DNA of 64,000 nt from Myxococcota bacterium (GCA_036229005.1 JAZAMN010000070.1:1-64000), one strand, 5' to 3'; shown: positions 49,954 to 62,498, numbered from the stretch's first letter. Numbers and translations are program-made. The notes: generated from the sequence alone by a model not told the origin.

Positions 49954-50697
49954 ATGGAGATGCAGCTCCAGAGTGCCCTGCTGTCCGAGCTCCCCGGCCT
50001 GCGGCACGGCTTCACGACCCGACACGGCGGCGTCTCCACCGGTCCCCTGTCCACCCTGAACCTGGCGCTCCGACAGGGGCAGGATCCCGAGGGGCTGGTG
50101 GAGAACTGGACCCGCGTGCTGCACCCCCTGGACCCTGCGGCCCTCGCCATCGCCGATCAAGTGCACGCCGACGAGGTCATCCGTGTACAGACCGGCGCCG
50201 GACCGCTGGACACCGTCGGCGCCGCGGACGCCCTGATCACCGACCGCCCCGGGGTCCCCATTGCGGTCCGGACGGCGGACTGCGTGCCCATCCTGCTGGC
50301 TGCTCCGGGGGCTGTCGCAGCAGTCCACGCTGGCTGGCGCGGCACCACAGCTCCAATCATCCCGCCCGCGGTCGCCGCCCTCTGCGAGCTGGCCGGATGT
50401 CCCCCCTCGGAGCTCCGGGCGGCCATCGGCCCCTGCATCTCCCTGGCCAGCTACGAGGTCGGCCCAGAGGTGGTCCGCGCCCTCACCAACCTGGACCTGC
50501 ACGTCTGCGTGGATCGCAGCGCGACCGGCCGCACCCACGTTGACCTCGCTCGGGCCAACCGACTGCTCCTGCATCGGGTCGGCGTCCAGCGGGTGGAGGT
50601 GTTGGGCCACTGCACCCTGCGCGACGACCGCTTCTACTCCCACCGCGGACAAGGCCCGAGCACCGGACGGCAGGCGGCCTGGATCAGCCTGTGTTGA
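49954..50697 (+). CDS. pgeF: YfiH/PgeF-family protein (purine nucleoside phosphorylase / peptidoglycan editing)
   Basis: HGFTTR.GGVS, QVH, TADCVPIL, VHAGWRG, IGPCI, FYSHR. Confidence 0.92.
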   Translation: MEMQLQSALLSELPGLRHGFTTRHGGVSTGPLSTLNLALRQGQDPEGLVENWTRVLHPLDPAALAIADQVHADEVIRVQTGAGPLDTVGAADALITDRPGVPIAVRTADCVPILLAAPGAVAAVHAGWRGTTAPIIPPAVAALCELAGCPPSELRAAIGPCISLASYEVGPEVVRALTNLDLHVCVDRSATGRTHVDLARANRLLLHRVGVQRVEVLGHCTLRDDRFYSHRGQGPSTGRQAAWISLC

Positions 50698-51719
50698 TGC
50701 TCCTGGCGCTGGCCTGCAATGAGCCCCAGGTGGACCCACTCAGGGCGGCGGTGCTCTCCTTCCAGGCGGGCAAGGAAGCGCTCTCGCAGGGGGACCCCCA
50801 GGCGGCGGCGGAGGCCTTCGCCCAGGCCCAGGCGCTGGATCCCCAGTCGGCGGAGCTCGCGCTGTGGCACGGGCAGGCGCTGGCGGAAGCAGGGGATCTG
50901 CCAGGTGCGATCGCGCAGGCGGACCGGGCTGTGAGCCTCCGTCCGGGGTTGGTGGAGGGCTGGTACAATCGGGCGTGCTGGAAGGCGCGCGCCGGGGATC
51001 TGGAGGGCGCGGCCTCGGACCTGGCGCAGGCCCTGCGTTCACCGGAGCTGGACCCCCTCTCGGTCGCTGTGGACCCGGATCTGCAGGCGCTGCGCGAGCA
51101 CCCCGAGTTCGCCTCCGTGATGCCCTCTGCGGAGCTCCCTCTGGCTGCGGAGATCGACCCCGGGCCGCACTTCCTGGGCGCCGGGCTCGAGCTGCGCCTG
51201 ACCCTGGACAGGGGAGGGGAGCTGAGCCCCAGCCTGTCGTCCGCTTCAGAGCCCTCCGCTCTGTTGAGGCCGACCTCGGTGATCCAGGACCTGGATCCCA
51301 ACCGTCCGGGCGCGCTGGGCCTGCGCGTACGCTTCAAGGCTCTGGGCCCCGGCGAGGTCACGCTGGGACCAATCACCGCCCAGGCCGGCGCGCTCCAGGG
51401 CCATTCCGAGGCGCTCGGGGTCCAGCTCCTGGCCCCCCCGGACACGCCGCTCCCTACCCAGGTGGCCTGGGCGCCCATCTGGAGCTTGCCTGCGTCCCTG
51501 CTCACCGGTGAGCCTGGAGCCCGGGCCGTGCAGGGCTGGTGTCTGGTGGAGCTGCTGCCTGGAGATCGGGCGCGCTGGGAGGCCACCGGGGTCGTCGAGG
51601 TCGAGCTCCGGGAGGGGACCCGGGTCCTCCGGCGGGGACTGCTGGGCCAGAGCGAAGCCGGCGCGTCCGTGGTGATCGAGCGCGCCGGTCAGACGACCTG
51701 GTCAGGGAGCTGCCCCTAG
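50697..51719 (+). CDS. TPR lipoprotein
   Basis: TGATG-coupled start, MLLALA-C, TPRs (WYNRACWKA). Confidence 0.75.
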   Translation: MLLALACNEPQVDPLRAAVLSFQAGKEALSQGDPQAAAEAFAQAQALDPQSAELALWHGQALAEAGDLPGAIAQADRAVSLRPGLVEGWYNRACWKARAGDLEGAASDLAQALRSPELDPLSVAVDPDLQALREHPEFASVMPSAELPLAAEIDPGPHFLGAGLELRLTLDRGGELSPSLSSASEPSALLRPTSVIQDLDPNRPGALGLRVRFKALGPGEVTLGPITAQAGALQGHSEALGVQLLAPPDTPLPTQVAWAPIWSLPASLLTGEPGARAVQGWCLVELLPGDRARWEATGVVEVELREGTRVLRRGLLGQSEAGASVVIERAGQTTWSGSCP

Positions 51720-51732
51720 GGGCGCCCGGGGC

Positions 51733-54700
51733 TCAGATCTCGCAGGCGGAGCAGCCGTCGGTGGTGCCGCTGCCGTTGCCGCTCAGGTCGTTGGAGTCGC
51801 AGCTGTCGAAGCTGACGCTCGCGTCACAGACCATGCCGTAGCCGCTGTTCCCGGTGATGGTGTTGGAGTCCACGTCGGCGTCGAAGCCGCCCAGGTAGAC
51901 GCCGCCCAGGGTGTTGCCGGTGTAGCTGCCGCCGGAGAGCACCACGCTGCCGGACAGCGCGCCGGCCACGCCGTCGCAGTCGCCGTCGATGCCCGGAGTG
52001 TCGGTGCCGCCGGGGTTGCGGGCGGCGTTGTACTCGTCGCAGTCGCCGTCGCTCACCCCGTAGCCGTCACCGTCGATGTCGCTGGTGGTCCAGGTGCCGC
52101 TCCCGCTGAGGCCGTCGCAGTTGAGGTCCTCGTAGGAGTAGGTGGACTCGGATGCGCCGGGGTACGCGCCGCTGTCGAAGTCGTTGCAGTCACCATCGGC
52201 CACGGTGTAGCCGTCGCCATCGGCGTCCTGGCCAGACCAGAATCCGTAGCCGGCGTTGCCGCTCAAGATGGCGCCGCTCAGGGTCAGGTCACCGGAGTTC
52301 TGCACGCCGTGGGAGCTGGATCCGCTGACGCTCAACCCAGAGATGCTGGCCTGGCCCATGTCCATGAGCGTGAGTCCGACACCGGCGGCGTCGTCGATCG
52401 AGACGCCACTCAGAGCCACGGATCCGGTCTGGCCGTTGCCCTTGATGCTCATCGCGGAGCTGCCGGTGCTGCTGATCTCCAGGCCGCTCGCCAGGAGCAC
52501 GGGGGACTCATCGCCCCAGCTCACGTCGACCGCAGCGTAGGAGGAGCTGCCCTTGCTGGACCCCTCGGAGACCGTCACGTCGTTCAGCTCCAGGGAGCCG
52601 CCCGTGGACAGCAGGCTGTGGTAGTCGGCCCCGGACACGGTGACCTCGTCGAGGCTCAGATCGCAGCCCTGGTTGTAGATGGCCGCGACGCCTGAGGAGT
52701 TGTAGGTGCTGCTGGAGATCTCCGTCCCGTCTGCTGCCTCGTACCGGGTCTGGCTGGTGCGCTGCATGGTGCCGCTGACGCTGAGGCCGTCGACCTCCAC
52801 CGTGGCGCCGGAGCAGCGCAGGGCCGTGTAGCCCAGGTTCGAGACGCTCAGGTCGCTGACCTCGATGTCGCCGTAGGCCGGGTCGGTGTCCGACCGGTAG
52901 ATGTAGAGCACCGAGTCGTTGTAGTCGGTGAAGCTCAGGTTGCTCAGGGTGACGTCGGAGTCACCGCCGATGATCTGGATGCCATCGGAGCCGGTGGTGA
53001 AGGTGGAGTTGCTGATCTCGGTGGAGATCGCGCCGTTGGAGACCACGTCCACGGAGTACCAGGCAGCGTAGGCGCGCACGGGCCGGTAGACCGCGAAGTT
53101 GGAGTCGGTGACGGCCGTCGCGGGGGGGCTGACGAGCTCGACCTCGGTGCCGCTGGTGATCGAGGCGACCTCCAGGTACTCGTAGGTGCTGTACATGTAG
53201 AGCAGATCGCCGACCATCAGCCCACCAGCGACCAGATCGGTGGTGCTCGTGAAGGTGGTTGAGTCCGTGGTCGCGTTCCCCCCGGTCCCGTAGAACTGGT
53301 ACTGGTTGGAGTCGTAGCTGTACTCCCAGGTGTTGTCCTCGAACACCAGCCCGTCCGCGATCAGGGTGCCGAAGTAGTTGGCGATGCCGCCGTAGTTCGG
53401 GCTCTTGGAGAAGGTGGTGTTGCTGATGTCCAGGGTGGAGGAGAGGCCCCAGAGGCCGATGCCCAGCGTTCCGCCACCGTCCCAACCACCGTTGGACACC
53501 TCTGCGCCTTCCATCTTCCAGTTGGAGTTCTGGATGGTCGCCGAGGTCACCGCGGAGTCGACGATGCCGCCGCCGCTCCAGTCCACGTCCGCGTCGAAGG
53601 CCTGCACGCCGTAGCCTACGGACAGGGAGCCGCCGACGTTGACCAGCTCGGGGTTGTCGGCCAGGCGTAGCTGCTCGACCCAGGTGTCGGTCACCACGAA
53701 GTCGCCGCTGAGCAGGCGCACGCCGTAGCGCCCACAGTCGGTGACCGTCAGGCCGGAGATGTCGGCGGTGACGGAGTCTTCGCGCGCGCCGACCGCCACG
53801 CCCTGGGCGTTCCACCCGCTGACCGTGACGTTGTCGATGGTGACGGCGCCGTCGGTCTCTGCGATGAGGCCGCCGCCGCTCCAGGCTTCCGGGTCGTCGT
53901 AGGAGTCGAACGCGATCGCCGGGTCCGTGGTGAAGCTGCTGTCCACGACGGAGATGTCATCGCTCGTGCTGACGAGGAGGGCGCCGACCGTGACGGCATC
54001 GGTGACAGTCACCCCCTCCAGATCTGCGCTGCCGAACACCGCGTAGACGCCATAGAGGCCGCCGGCGAGGGCATCGCCGGTCATCACGACATCGCCCGTG
54101 TCGACCAGGACGTGGACGAAGTTGTTGGTCATCACGTTGTTCTCGGTGACGAAGTCGGCGTTCTCGCCCCAGAAGGCGAAGCCGTCGCTGACGCTGCCGT
54201 TCTCGTCCAGTTCGGTGTAGCTGACGCCCGTGATGGTGTTGTTGGTGGCGGTGGCCTGAGCGCCCTCGATGGCGTGGATGGCGAAGCCCAGCGCGTCGGT
54301 GATCTGGGAGTCCGACAGGGTGATGCTGCCGCCGGAGACCTCGATCGCGCCGTAACCAGGGGCGGTGAAGGTCGCGTTGCTTACGCTGACGCCCGTGCTG
54401 TCGGTGGACTTGAGCGCGGTGTTGGCGATGCTGTCGAACACGACCCCGTCGATGCTGACGTTGGAGGCGCTGGTGAGCTCGATACCGTTGCGCTCGGAGA
54501 GCAGGGTGAAGCCCTCGATGCGGACATCGCTGGCTCCAGCGACCTTGACCGCGGCCTCGTTGGTGGGGGCGGTCCAGGTCAGCAGCTCCGCGCCCGGGCC
54601 CTTGATGGTCACCGACTTGCCGACCTCTGCGGCCTGGTCCATGGACTCACACGCAGAGAGGTCCAGGGTGTCACCGTCTTCGGCGACGGTCAGGGCGTCT

Positions 54701-54876
54701 GCGATCAGGGCGTAGCCTTCGCTCCGCCCGCCCTCGATCAGGATGCATCCCTCCTCGTACCAGGCGTCCCCGGTGTCGTCGGGGGTGGTGCCGGTGTCGT
54801 CGTTGTTCTGGCCGTCCTTGTTGCAGCCGGCGAACACGAAGAGACCAGCGAGGAGGATCAGCGGGCGCTGGGACAT
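51733..54876 (-). CDS. Large right-handed beta-helix lipoprotein with two D-x-DGDG...DC.D...PG...CDG metal-binding-type repeats
   Basis: Lipobox FAG-C, parallel beta-helix repeats, DADGDGYTVADGDCNDFD...PGA...DLNCDG. Confidence 0.82.
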   Translation of the reverse strand: MSQRPLILLAGLFVFAGCNKDGQNNDDTGTTPDDTGDAWYEEGCILIEGGRSEGYALIADALTVAEDGDTLDLSACESMDQAAEVGKSVTIKGPGAELLTWTAPTNEAAVKVAGASDVRIEGFTLLSERNGIELTSASNVSIDGVVFDSIANTALKSTDSTGVSVSNATFTAPGYGAIEVSGGSITLSDSQITDALGFAIHAIEGAQATATNNTITGVSYTELDENGSVSDGFAFWGENADFVTENNVMTNNFVHVLVDTGDVVMTGDALAGGLYGVYAVFGSADLEGVTVTDAVTVGALLVSTSDDISVVDSSFTTDPAIAFDSYDDPEAWSGGGLIAETDGAVTIDNVTVSGWNAQGVAVGAREDSVTADISGLTVTDCGRYGVRLLSGDFVVTDTWVEQLRLADNPELVNVGGSLSVGYGVQAFDADVDWSGGGIVDSAVTSATIQNSNWKMEGAEVSNGGWDGGGTLGIGLWGLSSTLDISNTTFSKSPNYGGIANYFGTLIADGLVFEDNTWEYSYDSNQYQFYGTGGNATTDSTTFTSTTDLVAGGLMVGDLLYMYSTYEYLEVASITSGTEVELVSPPATAVTDSNFAVYRPVRAYAAWYSVDVVSNGAISTEISNSTFTTGSDGIQIIGGDSDVTLSNLSFTDYNDSVLYIYRSDTDPAYGDIEVSDLSVSNLGYTALRCSGATVEVDGLSVSGTMQRTSQTRYEAADGTEISSSTYNSSGVAAIYNQGCDLSLDEVTVSGADYHSLLSTGGSLELNDVTVSEGSSKGSSSYAAVDVSWGDESPVLLASGLEISSTGSSAMSIKGNGQTGSVALSGVSIDDAAGVGLTLMDMGQASISGLSVSGSSSHGVQNSGDLTLSGAILSGNAGYGFWSGQDADGDGYTVADGDCNDFDSGAYPGASESTYSYEDLNCDGLSGSGTWTTSDIDGDGYGVSDGDCDEYNAARNPGGTDTPGIDGDCDGVAGALSGSVVLSGGSYTGNTLGGVYLGGFDADVDSNTITGNSGYGMVCDASVSFDSCDSNDLSGNGSGTTDGCSACEI

Positions 54877-55031
54877 ATGAGGAACCTCGTCAGCGGGCGA
54901 AAGCCCGGTCATGACGGGCAGGGTAGCGCTGAGGCGTTCGCTCCACAAGCGGCTGGGCAGCACAGCTTGCGGCTGGTTAGGCCCCAAGCCCACCGGGGCC
55001 CGGACAACCCGCCCTGACAAGGAGCGACCGC

Positions 55032-56582
55032 GTGAACAAGGACCAGCAGCTCAAGCGACTGGAGCAGATGACCGAGCAGGCCCTGGCCGGAGGCGGCGAG
55101 GCGCGGATCCAGCGCCAGCACGACGCTGGGCGCCTGACAGCCCGTGAGCGCATCGAGCAGCTCCTGGATCCGGGCACCTTCCGGGAGCTGGACCGCTTCG
55201 TCACCCACCGCTGCACCGACTTCGGGATGGACGGCAACAAGCCCCTGGGGGACGGCGTGGTGACCGGCTCCGGCCGCATCGATGGCCGGCTTGTCTACGT
55301 GTTCGCTCAGGACTTCACCGTGTTCGGCGGCTCGCTGAGCTACGCCTACGCCGAGAAGATCTGCAAGGTCATGGACCTCGCGGGCCGCAACGGTGCCCCC
55401 TTGATCGGCCTCAACGACTCAGGCGGCGCGCGCATCCAGGAGGGGGTGGCGTCCCTGGGCGGCTATGCGGAGATCTTCCTCCGCAACACGATGTACTCGG
55501 GCGTGATCCCGCAGCTCTCCGCGATCATGGGCCCCTGCGCCGGCGGCGCGGTGTACTCCCCGGCGATCACCGACTTCGTCGCGATGGTGGACAAGACCTC
55601 CTACATGTTCGTGACCGGTCCGGACGTCATCAAGACCGTCACCCACGAAGAGGTGACCAAGGAGCAGCTCGGCGGCGCGACCACGCACTCCAGCAAGTCC
55701 GGCGTGGCCCACTTCATGACCCCGGATGAGCCGGCCCTGCTCGCGCTGATGCGGGAGATGCTCTCCTTCATGCCCCAGAACAACATGGAGGAGGCGCCCG
55801 CCAAGGCCACGGACGATCCCAGCGATCGGAGCTGCCCGGAGCTGGACGAGCTGATCCCCGACAACGCCAACAAGCCCTACGACATCAAGGAGCTCATCAC
55901 CTCCGTCGCGGACGATGGGCACTTCCTGGAGGTCCAGGGGGACTACGCCGCCAACGTGGTGATCGGGTGGATCCGCCTGGGCGGGCGCAGCGTGGGGGTG
56001 GTGGCCAACCAGCCCGCGCACCTGGCCGGCGTCCTGGACATCGACGCCTCCCTCAAGGCCGCCCGCTTCGTGCGCTTCTGCGACGCCTTCAACACCCCCC
56101 TGCTGGTCCTGGAGGACGTCCCCGGCTTCCTGCCCGGCACGGCCCAGGAGTTCGGCGGCATCATCAAGCACGGGGCCAAGCTGCTCTACGCCTTCGCCGA
56201 GGCCACCGTCCCCAAGGTCACGCTGATCACCCGCAAGGCCTACGGCGGCGCCTACTGCGTGATGAACTCCAAGCACATCCGCGCGGACGCCAACTTCGCG
56301 TACCCCACCGCAGAGATCGCGGTGATGGGCCCGGATGGTGCGGTCAACATCATCTACCGGCGGGAGCTCGCAGCGGCGGAAGACCCCGAGGCCCTGCGGG
56401 CCGAGCTGGTCGAGGACTACCGCGAGAAGTTCGCCAACCCCTACCAGGCCGCATCCTTGGGTTACATCGACGAGGTGATCCTGCCGCGGGACACCCGGCG
56501 CCGCCTGATCGAGACCTTCGACAGCCTGGAGAACAAGCGGGACGAAAACCCGCCGCGCAAGCACGGGAACATCCCCCTCTGA
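55032..56582 (+). CDS. pccB: Acyl-CoA (propionyl/methylmalonyl-CoA) carboxylase beta subunit
   Basis: [45 protein letters not shown]. Confidence 0.93.
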   Translation: MNKDQQLKRLEQMTEQALAGGGEARIQRQHDAGRLTARERIEQLLDPGTFRELDRFVTHRCTDFGMDGNKPLGDGVVTGSGRIDGRLVYVFAQDFTVFGGSLSYAYAEKICKVMDLAGRNGAPLIGLNDSGGARIQEGVASLGGYAEIFLRNTMYSGVIPQLSAIMGPCAGGAVYSPAITDFVAMVDKTSYMFVTGPDVIKTVTHEEVTKEQLGGATTHSSKSGVAHFMTPDEPALLALMREMLSFMPQNNMEEAPAKATDDPSDRSCPELDELIPDNANKPYDIKELITSVADDGHFLEVQGDYAANVVIGWIRLGGRSVGVVANQPAHLAGVLDIDASLKAARFVRFCDAFNTPLLVLEDVPGFLPGTAQEFGGIIKHGAKLLYAFAEATVPKVTLITRKAYGGAYCVMNSKHIRADANFAYPTAEIAVMGPDGAVNIIYRRELAAAEDPEALRAELVEDYREKFANPYQAASLGYIDEVILPRDTRRRLIETFDSLENKRDENPPRKHGNIPL

Positions 56583-56681
56583 CTCCCTCCGCTGGGCGGT
56601 GATCCTGGGCTCTTCGTTGACGGAAACCCAGGAATCCGATAATCGCGCCCGGCTCAAACTTTCGACACCCTTGAGGTAAAC

Positions 56682-56933
56682 ATGGTTCGAATCCGACTGA
56701 CCCGCATGGGCGCCAAGAAGCGGCCCTTCTACCGCGTGGTCGCAGCAGACTCGCGCTCCCCCCGCGACGGCCGCTTCATCGAGCAGCTCGGCTACTACGA
56801 CCCCATGAAGCAGCCCTTCGACCTGAAGCTCGATCTCGAGCGGGTCGACTACTGGCTCTCCAACGGCGCCCAGCCCTCCGACACCGTCGGCAACCTGATC
56901 AAGCGCGCCCGCGACGCCGCGGCCGAGGCTTGA
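56682..56933 (+). CDS. rpsP: 30S ribosomal protein S16
   Basis: [33 protein letters not shown]. Confidence 0.98.
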   Translation: MVRIRLTRMGAKKRPFYRVVAADSRSPRDGRFIEQLGYYDPMKQPFDLKLDLERVDYWLSNGAQPSDTVGNLIKRARDAAAEA

Positions 56934-57193
56934 GCATGGGCGCCGAGGAGCTGGTCAACTTCCTGGTCCGTGGCCTCGTCGACAACCCCGATGACGTGGA
57001 TGTCCAGCCCCTCGAGGGCGACGCATCCCTGGTGCTCGAAGTGAGCGTCAACCCTGACGACATCGAGCTCGTCGAGGGTGACGACGGCGAGACCCTCCGG
57101 CACCTCAAGGCTGTGGTCTCCGCCGCTGCCGGCAAGCGCAAGACGATCGTCGAGCTGGTGGCTGCGAGTGGCGAGGCAGAAGAGGAAGAGTAG
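56930..57193 (+). CDS. khpA: KH-domain protein KhpA with a GDDG loop (ATG 56936 is the alternative start)
   Basis: [16 protein letters not shown]; rpsP-khpA-rimM synteny. Confidence 0.85.
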   Translation: MSMGAEELVNFLVRGLVDNPDDVDVQPLEGDASLVLEVSVNPDDIELVEGDDGETLRHLKAVVSAAAGKRKTIVELVAASGEAEEEE

Positions 57194-57713
57194 CGCCGCG
57201 AGGGAAGGCGAGCTGTCCTTTGGGCAGGTCGTCGGCTCTTTCGGCGTCAAGGGCGAGCTGCGGGTGCATCTGCACAACCGCAGCAGCACCTTGCTGCACT
57301 CTGGCGCACAGGTCGTGCTCGCTTCCCCTGGTGGGGAGCGGCGCACTGTCCAACTGCGCACCCGACCCGGCGCGAAAGGGCGTGTCCTCGCCAGGATCAC
57401 AGGCGTTGAGACCCCCGAAGCCGCGGTCGCTTTCCTGGACTGGGAGATCCTGGTCCCCGAAGATCTCCTCCCACCGCTTCGGGAAGGGGAGTTCTACCAC
57501 CGTGACATCCTCCGATCCGCAGTCGAGGACACCACGGGCCGCGATCTCGGCAAGGTGATCGAGATCCACGACAACGGTCCGGTGGAGATCTGGGTCCTGG
57601 AGCTGCCCTCCGGCGAGCAGGCCTACTTCCCGGTCCTGCTGGACAAGCTGGTAGAGGTCGACCCCAAGGCCCGCCGCATCGTCCTCGCCGAAGGGAGCAT
57701 CGCTTGCGGATAG
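57168..57713 (+). CDS. rimM: Ribosome maturation factor RimM (start approximate)
   Basis: [30 protein letters not shown]. Confidence 0.9.
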   Translation: MARQKRKSSAAREGELSFGQVVGSFGVKGELRVHLHNRSSTLLHSGAQVVLASPGGERRTVQLRTRPGAKGRVLARITGVETPEAAVAFLDWEILVPEDLLPPLREGEFYHRDILRSAVEDTTGRDLGKVIEIHDNGPVEIWVLELPSGEQAYFPVLLDKLVEVDPKARRIVLAEGSIACG

Positions 57714-58396
57714 ACCTTCTGACCCTGCACCCCGAGCTGGTGCGCTCTCCGCTGGACAACAGCATCCTCAAGCGCGCCCAGGACGCCGGCGTGGTCGAGG
57801 TGGGCGTGCACGACATCCGGGAGCACGCGCCCGGCAAGCACCGGCAGTGCGACGACTCGCCCTATGGCGGCGGCGCCGGCATGGTGATGAAGGTGGACGT
57901 TGTGGACGCCGCCCTGGAGTCCATCCGCCGGCCGGAGAGCTGCGTGTTGCTCATGAGCCCCGCGGGAGAGCCCTTCAAGCAGGCGCTCGCCCAGGAGCTC
58001 AGCGAGCACGAGCACCTGATCCTGCTCTGCGGTCACTACGAGGGCATCGACGCCCGGATCGAGCAGGTCGTGGACCGCGAGGTCTCCATCGGGGACTTCG
58101 TGCTGACCGGCGGGGAGCTCGCCGCCTTGGTGATCGTGGACGCGGTCACGCGCCTGCGTCCGGGAGCCCTCGGGAACGCCAACTCAGCCGAGGATGAGTC
58201 CTTCTCGGAGGGGCTGCTGGAGTACCCCCAGTACACCCGTCCGCGCGTCTACAAGGGCATGGAGGTGCCGGAGGTCCTGCTCTCCGGCAACCACGCCCGG
58301 ATCGACCGCTGGCGCCACGAGCAGGCCCTGGAGCGCACCCAGGACCGGCGCCCCGATCTGCTCGCTCCCCCCCGGAAGGTGGGGGAGGGCGATTGA
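57704..58396 (+). CDS. trmD: tRNA (guanine37-N1)-methyltransferase
   Basis: [43 protein letters not shown]. Confidence 0.97.
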   Translation: MRIDLLTLHPELVRSPLDNSILKRAQDAGVVEVGVHDIREHAPGKHRQCDDSPYGGGAGMVMKVDVVDAALESIRRPESCVLLMSPAGEPFKQALAQELSEHEHLILLCGHYEGIDARIEQVVDREVSIGDFVLTGGELAALVIVDAVTRLRPGALGNANSAEDESFSEGLLEYPQYTRPRVYKGMEVPEVLLSGNHARIDRWRHEQALERTQDRRPDLLAPPRKVGEGD

Positions 58397-58509
58397 TGCT
58401 TGCCCACCGGGCGTCGCTGCGATAGTCGCGGGTGTCCGCGGCCAGAAGGGCGCCCCGAATCCAATCGGGTCGAAGGTCCCTGGGCCCACACTACCGGAGT
58501 TTTTTCGCC

Positions 58510-58872
58510 ATGGCGAACCTGCAGCAGATCGAGAAGTCGCTCGTTGAGCAGAAGGATGACGGCATCAAGATCGGAGATACCGTGCGCGTGCACGTGCGTA
58601 TCCTCGACGGTGCAAAGGAGCGCATCCAGGTCTTCCAGGGCACTGTGATTGCCCGCAAGCACGCTGGCGTGCGCGAGACCATCACCGTCCGCAAGATCTC
58701 CAACGGCGTCGGCGTGGAGCGTATCTTCCCCCTCCACGCTCCCGTGATCTCCAAGATCGAGGTCAAGAGCCGCCACTACGTGCGTCGCGCCAAGCTCTAC
58801 TACCTCCGCGAGCTGCGCGGCAAGAAGGCCCGTCTGCGCGAGATCAAGGACTTCTACTCCAAGAAGTCCTGA
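58510..58872 (+). CDS. rplS: 50S ribosomal protein L19
   Basis: [34 protein letters not shown]. Confidence 0.98.
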   Translation: MANLQQIEKSLVEQKDDGIKIGDTVRVHVRILDGAKERIQVFQGTVIARKHAGVRETITVRKISNGVGVERIFPLHAPVISKIEVKSRHYVRRAKLYYLRELRGKKARLREIKDFYSKKS

Positions 58873-58878
58873 GCCCCT

Positions 58879-59247
58879 GTGGCTGGACTCCGCGCCAAGC
58901 GCGCTGCTCTCCAGAGCGGCGCCGACGCGGAGTCCGCCGTGGCTCGACTCCTCCAAGCCAACGGCTGGGAGGTCCTGGAGCGCAACTGGCGCGGCGGGAA
59001 CGGTGAGCTGGATCTCATCGTTCGCGACCGTGCGCGCCTGCGCTTGGTCGAAGTGAAGCTCCGGCAGCCGGACGATCCGGTCGGCCTGGAGGCGATCGAC
59101 GGCCGCAAGCTCAAGAAGCTCAGCCGCGCCGGCGAGGCCTGGTTGCAGGACTACGACGGCCCTGTGGACGAGGTCTGCTGGCTCGTGGCTTTGGTCCATC
59201 CTGGGGCCGAGGGCTACCGCATCCAACTCTTCGACGACCCGGTCTGA
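58879..59247 (+). CDS. yraN: YraN (UPF0102) family protein
   Basis: LERNWR...GELDLI, VEVK.R. Confidence 0.88.
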   Translation: MAGLRAKRAALQSGADAESAVARLLQANGWEVLERNWRGGNGELDLIVRDRARLRLVEVKLRQPDDPVGLEAIDGRKLKKLSRAGEAWLQDYDGPVDEVCWLVALVHPGAEGYRIQLFDDPV

Positions 59248-59248
59248 G

Positions 59249-60070
59249 ATGCCCCTGTCAGTGCTCGCGACGCCCATCGGCAACCTGGGGGATCTCTCCC
59301 CGCGGTCTCGGCAGGCCCTGCAGGAGGCGGACTTCATCGCCGCGGAGGACACCCGGGTCACCCGCAAGCTGCTCACGGCGCTGGAGATCTCGGCCCCGGA
59401 GCTGATCTCGTACCGCGGCCACGACGAAGCACGCCGAGCCATCCCCTTGGTCGAGCGCCTCGCGACGGGGGAGAAGGGCGTACTGGTGAGCGACGCAGGG
59501 AGCCCTGGGGTCTCGGACCCTGGCCGCTTCCTGGTGGCCGCCTGCCACGCCGAGGGCATCCCGGTCCACGCCCTCGCAGGCCCCAGCGCGGTGGCAGCAG
59601 CGATCAGCGTGAGCGGGCTGCCAGCGGTCCCCTTCCACTTTGTTGGCTTCTCGCCGCGCAAGCCTGGGCCGCTGCGCCGCTGGCTGGTGGAGCAGGGACA
59701 GTTGCCGGGGGCCTTCGTGATCTACGAGGCGCCGTCTCGGACCATCGCGACCCTGGAGATGATCGCCTCGCTGATGCCTGACCGTCAGGTCTGCCTGTGC
59801 AGGGAGCTCACCAAGCTGCATGAAGAGGTGAGGCTCGGATCTGCAACAGAGCTTGTAGCCCACCTCTCTGAGCGGGAGAAGGTGCGCGGAGAGGTCGCGC
59901 TGGTCGTTGGCCCCGGCGAGGCCCCCAGCCTGCAGACCCAGCAGAGTGAAGCCGATGCGGGCTCCCTCAAGTCGGTGGCTGCGGCCCTGGCGGAGCGTTG
60001 GGGTGTGCCGCGCAGGGAGGCCTACCAGGCGCTGCTCAAGTTGGAGCGGGAGCTCAGCGGAAGAGGATGA
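59249..60070 (+). CDS. rsmI: 16S rRNA (C1402-2'-O)-methyltransferase
   Basis: ATPIGNLGD, AEDTRVT, VSDAG.PG.SDPG, RELTKLHEE. Confidence 0.95.
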   Translation: MPLSVLATPIGNLGDLSPRSRQALQEADFIAAEDTRVTRKLLTALEISAPELISYRGHDEARRAIPLVERLATGEKGVLVSDAGSPGVSDPGRFLVAACHAEGIPVHALAGPSAVAAAISVSGLPAVPFHFVGFSPRKPGPLRRWLVEQGQLPGAFVIYEAPSRTIATLEMIASLMPDRQVCLCRELTKLHEEVRLGSATELVAHLSEREKVRGEVALVVGPGEAPSLQTQQSEADAGSLKSVAAALAERWGVPRREAYQALLKLERELSGRG

Positions 60071-61091
60071 CCAGGTCCGCGCGGGCGTCGAAGCGCACCG
60101 TGTTCGAGCCGGTCTGCACCAGGTAGGGGTGCTCCAGTTGCGTGGGGAACACGTAGCTGGCGTCCGCCACGGTCTCGAGCTTGAGGTACTCAAAGATGCG
60201 CCAGTAGATGCCGATGCCGGCGATGGCGCGGCTCTGCTCCCCCATGGTGGACAGAGTGCCCTGGGACGTGGACAGCACCGAGGGCAGGTACAGCCCGCTG
60301 GGGAGGTCGCCCCAGGACTGGTAGGCGTAGCCCAGGCGGAAGTCCACCGCGAACTCGGCGTGGGTGACCGGGTCTGCGAAGGTGTGTACCTCGATGCCGC
60401 TCATGACGGTCAACGAGTCGGGGTTGATGACCGTCGCCGAGACCTCGGCGCCGGTGGCGTCGTTGAGGATGACGTCGGTGTCGCCCTGGCGCAGGTAGGT
60501 GGCCTCGATCCAGGGCTGGCTCTGGCCGAGCTTCTTGGAGAAGCCGCTGCGGAGTCGGAGGGCTGAGGAGCCGGTGCCCGCGCCGCGCTCGCCGCCTGAG
60601 GTGTCGTAGAAGTGCGTGCCGTCCGGGGTGCGGAAGCTCACGTCCAGAAGCCAGTTTGCGCGGTTTCCTCGCTCGGGGAGCTGCTCCCAGGAGAAGGGGG
60701 CGACCTGCGCGCCCAGCCAGACGCCGGAGAGGCCGGAGCCGGTCACCGGGTCGGTGCTCAGATCGCTGCCGGTGCGCATCGAGCCCTTGCCCAGAGTGGG
60801 GTCGAAGGCCATGGACTGGGCGTCCGTCCAGCCCACGGACTGCTGGACCGAGATGGGGAACTCCAGGGTCACGGCGGTCATGGGGGCCACGCCGAAGCTG
60901 CCGCCCACGTGGATGCGGTGATCCTGGGTGGTCAGTCGCCCGACGGCGACCTCTTCTCCGCCCACAGGCTCGATCATCGAGCCGGTCTGGTAGTTCATCC
61001 GGTAGCCCACCCAGGCGTCACCGCGCAGGAAGGGGGGCAGGTCGGTGGGTTCAGCGGCCTGGGCGGTCGCCATCAGCAGGGTGAGCAGCAT
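60054..61091 (-). CDS. Hypothetical exported protein, probable outer-membrane beta-barrel
   Basis: MLLTLLMATAQA signal, alternating aromatic strands, ends DLVILFR. Confidence 0.65.
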   Translation of the reverse strand: MLLTLLMATAQAAEPTDLPPFLRGDAWVGYRMNYQTGSMIEPVGGEEVAVGRLTTQDHRIHVGGSFGVAPMTAVTLEFPISVQQSVGWTDAQSMAFDPTLGKGSMRTGSDLSTDPVTGSGLSGVWLGAQVAPFSWEQLPERGNRANWLLDVSFRTPDGTHFYDTSGGERGAGTGSSALRLRSGFSKKLGQSQPWIEATYLRQGDTDVILNDATGAEVSATVINPDSLTVMSGIEVHTFADPVTHAEFAVDFRLGYAYQSWGDLPSGLYLPSVLSTSQGTLSTMGEQSRAIAGIGIYWRIFEYLKLETVADASYVFPTQLEHPYLVQTGSNTVRFDARADLVILFR

Positions 61092-61133
61092 GCACAGAGC
61101 GTACGGCGGGCGGTCCCGAGGGGCAAGGGGGCG

Positions 61134-62498
<1,365 letters not shown>

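Noticed and set aside
56602..56645. Firm promoter or terminator call before rpsP
   Set aside because: A TTGACG box and an imperfect hairpin overlap, but -10 spacing is poor and there is no U-tract.
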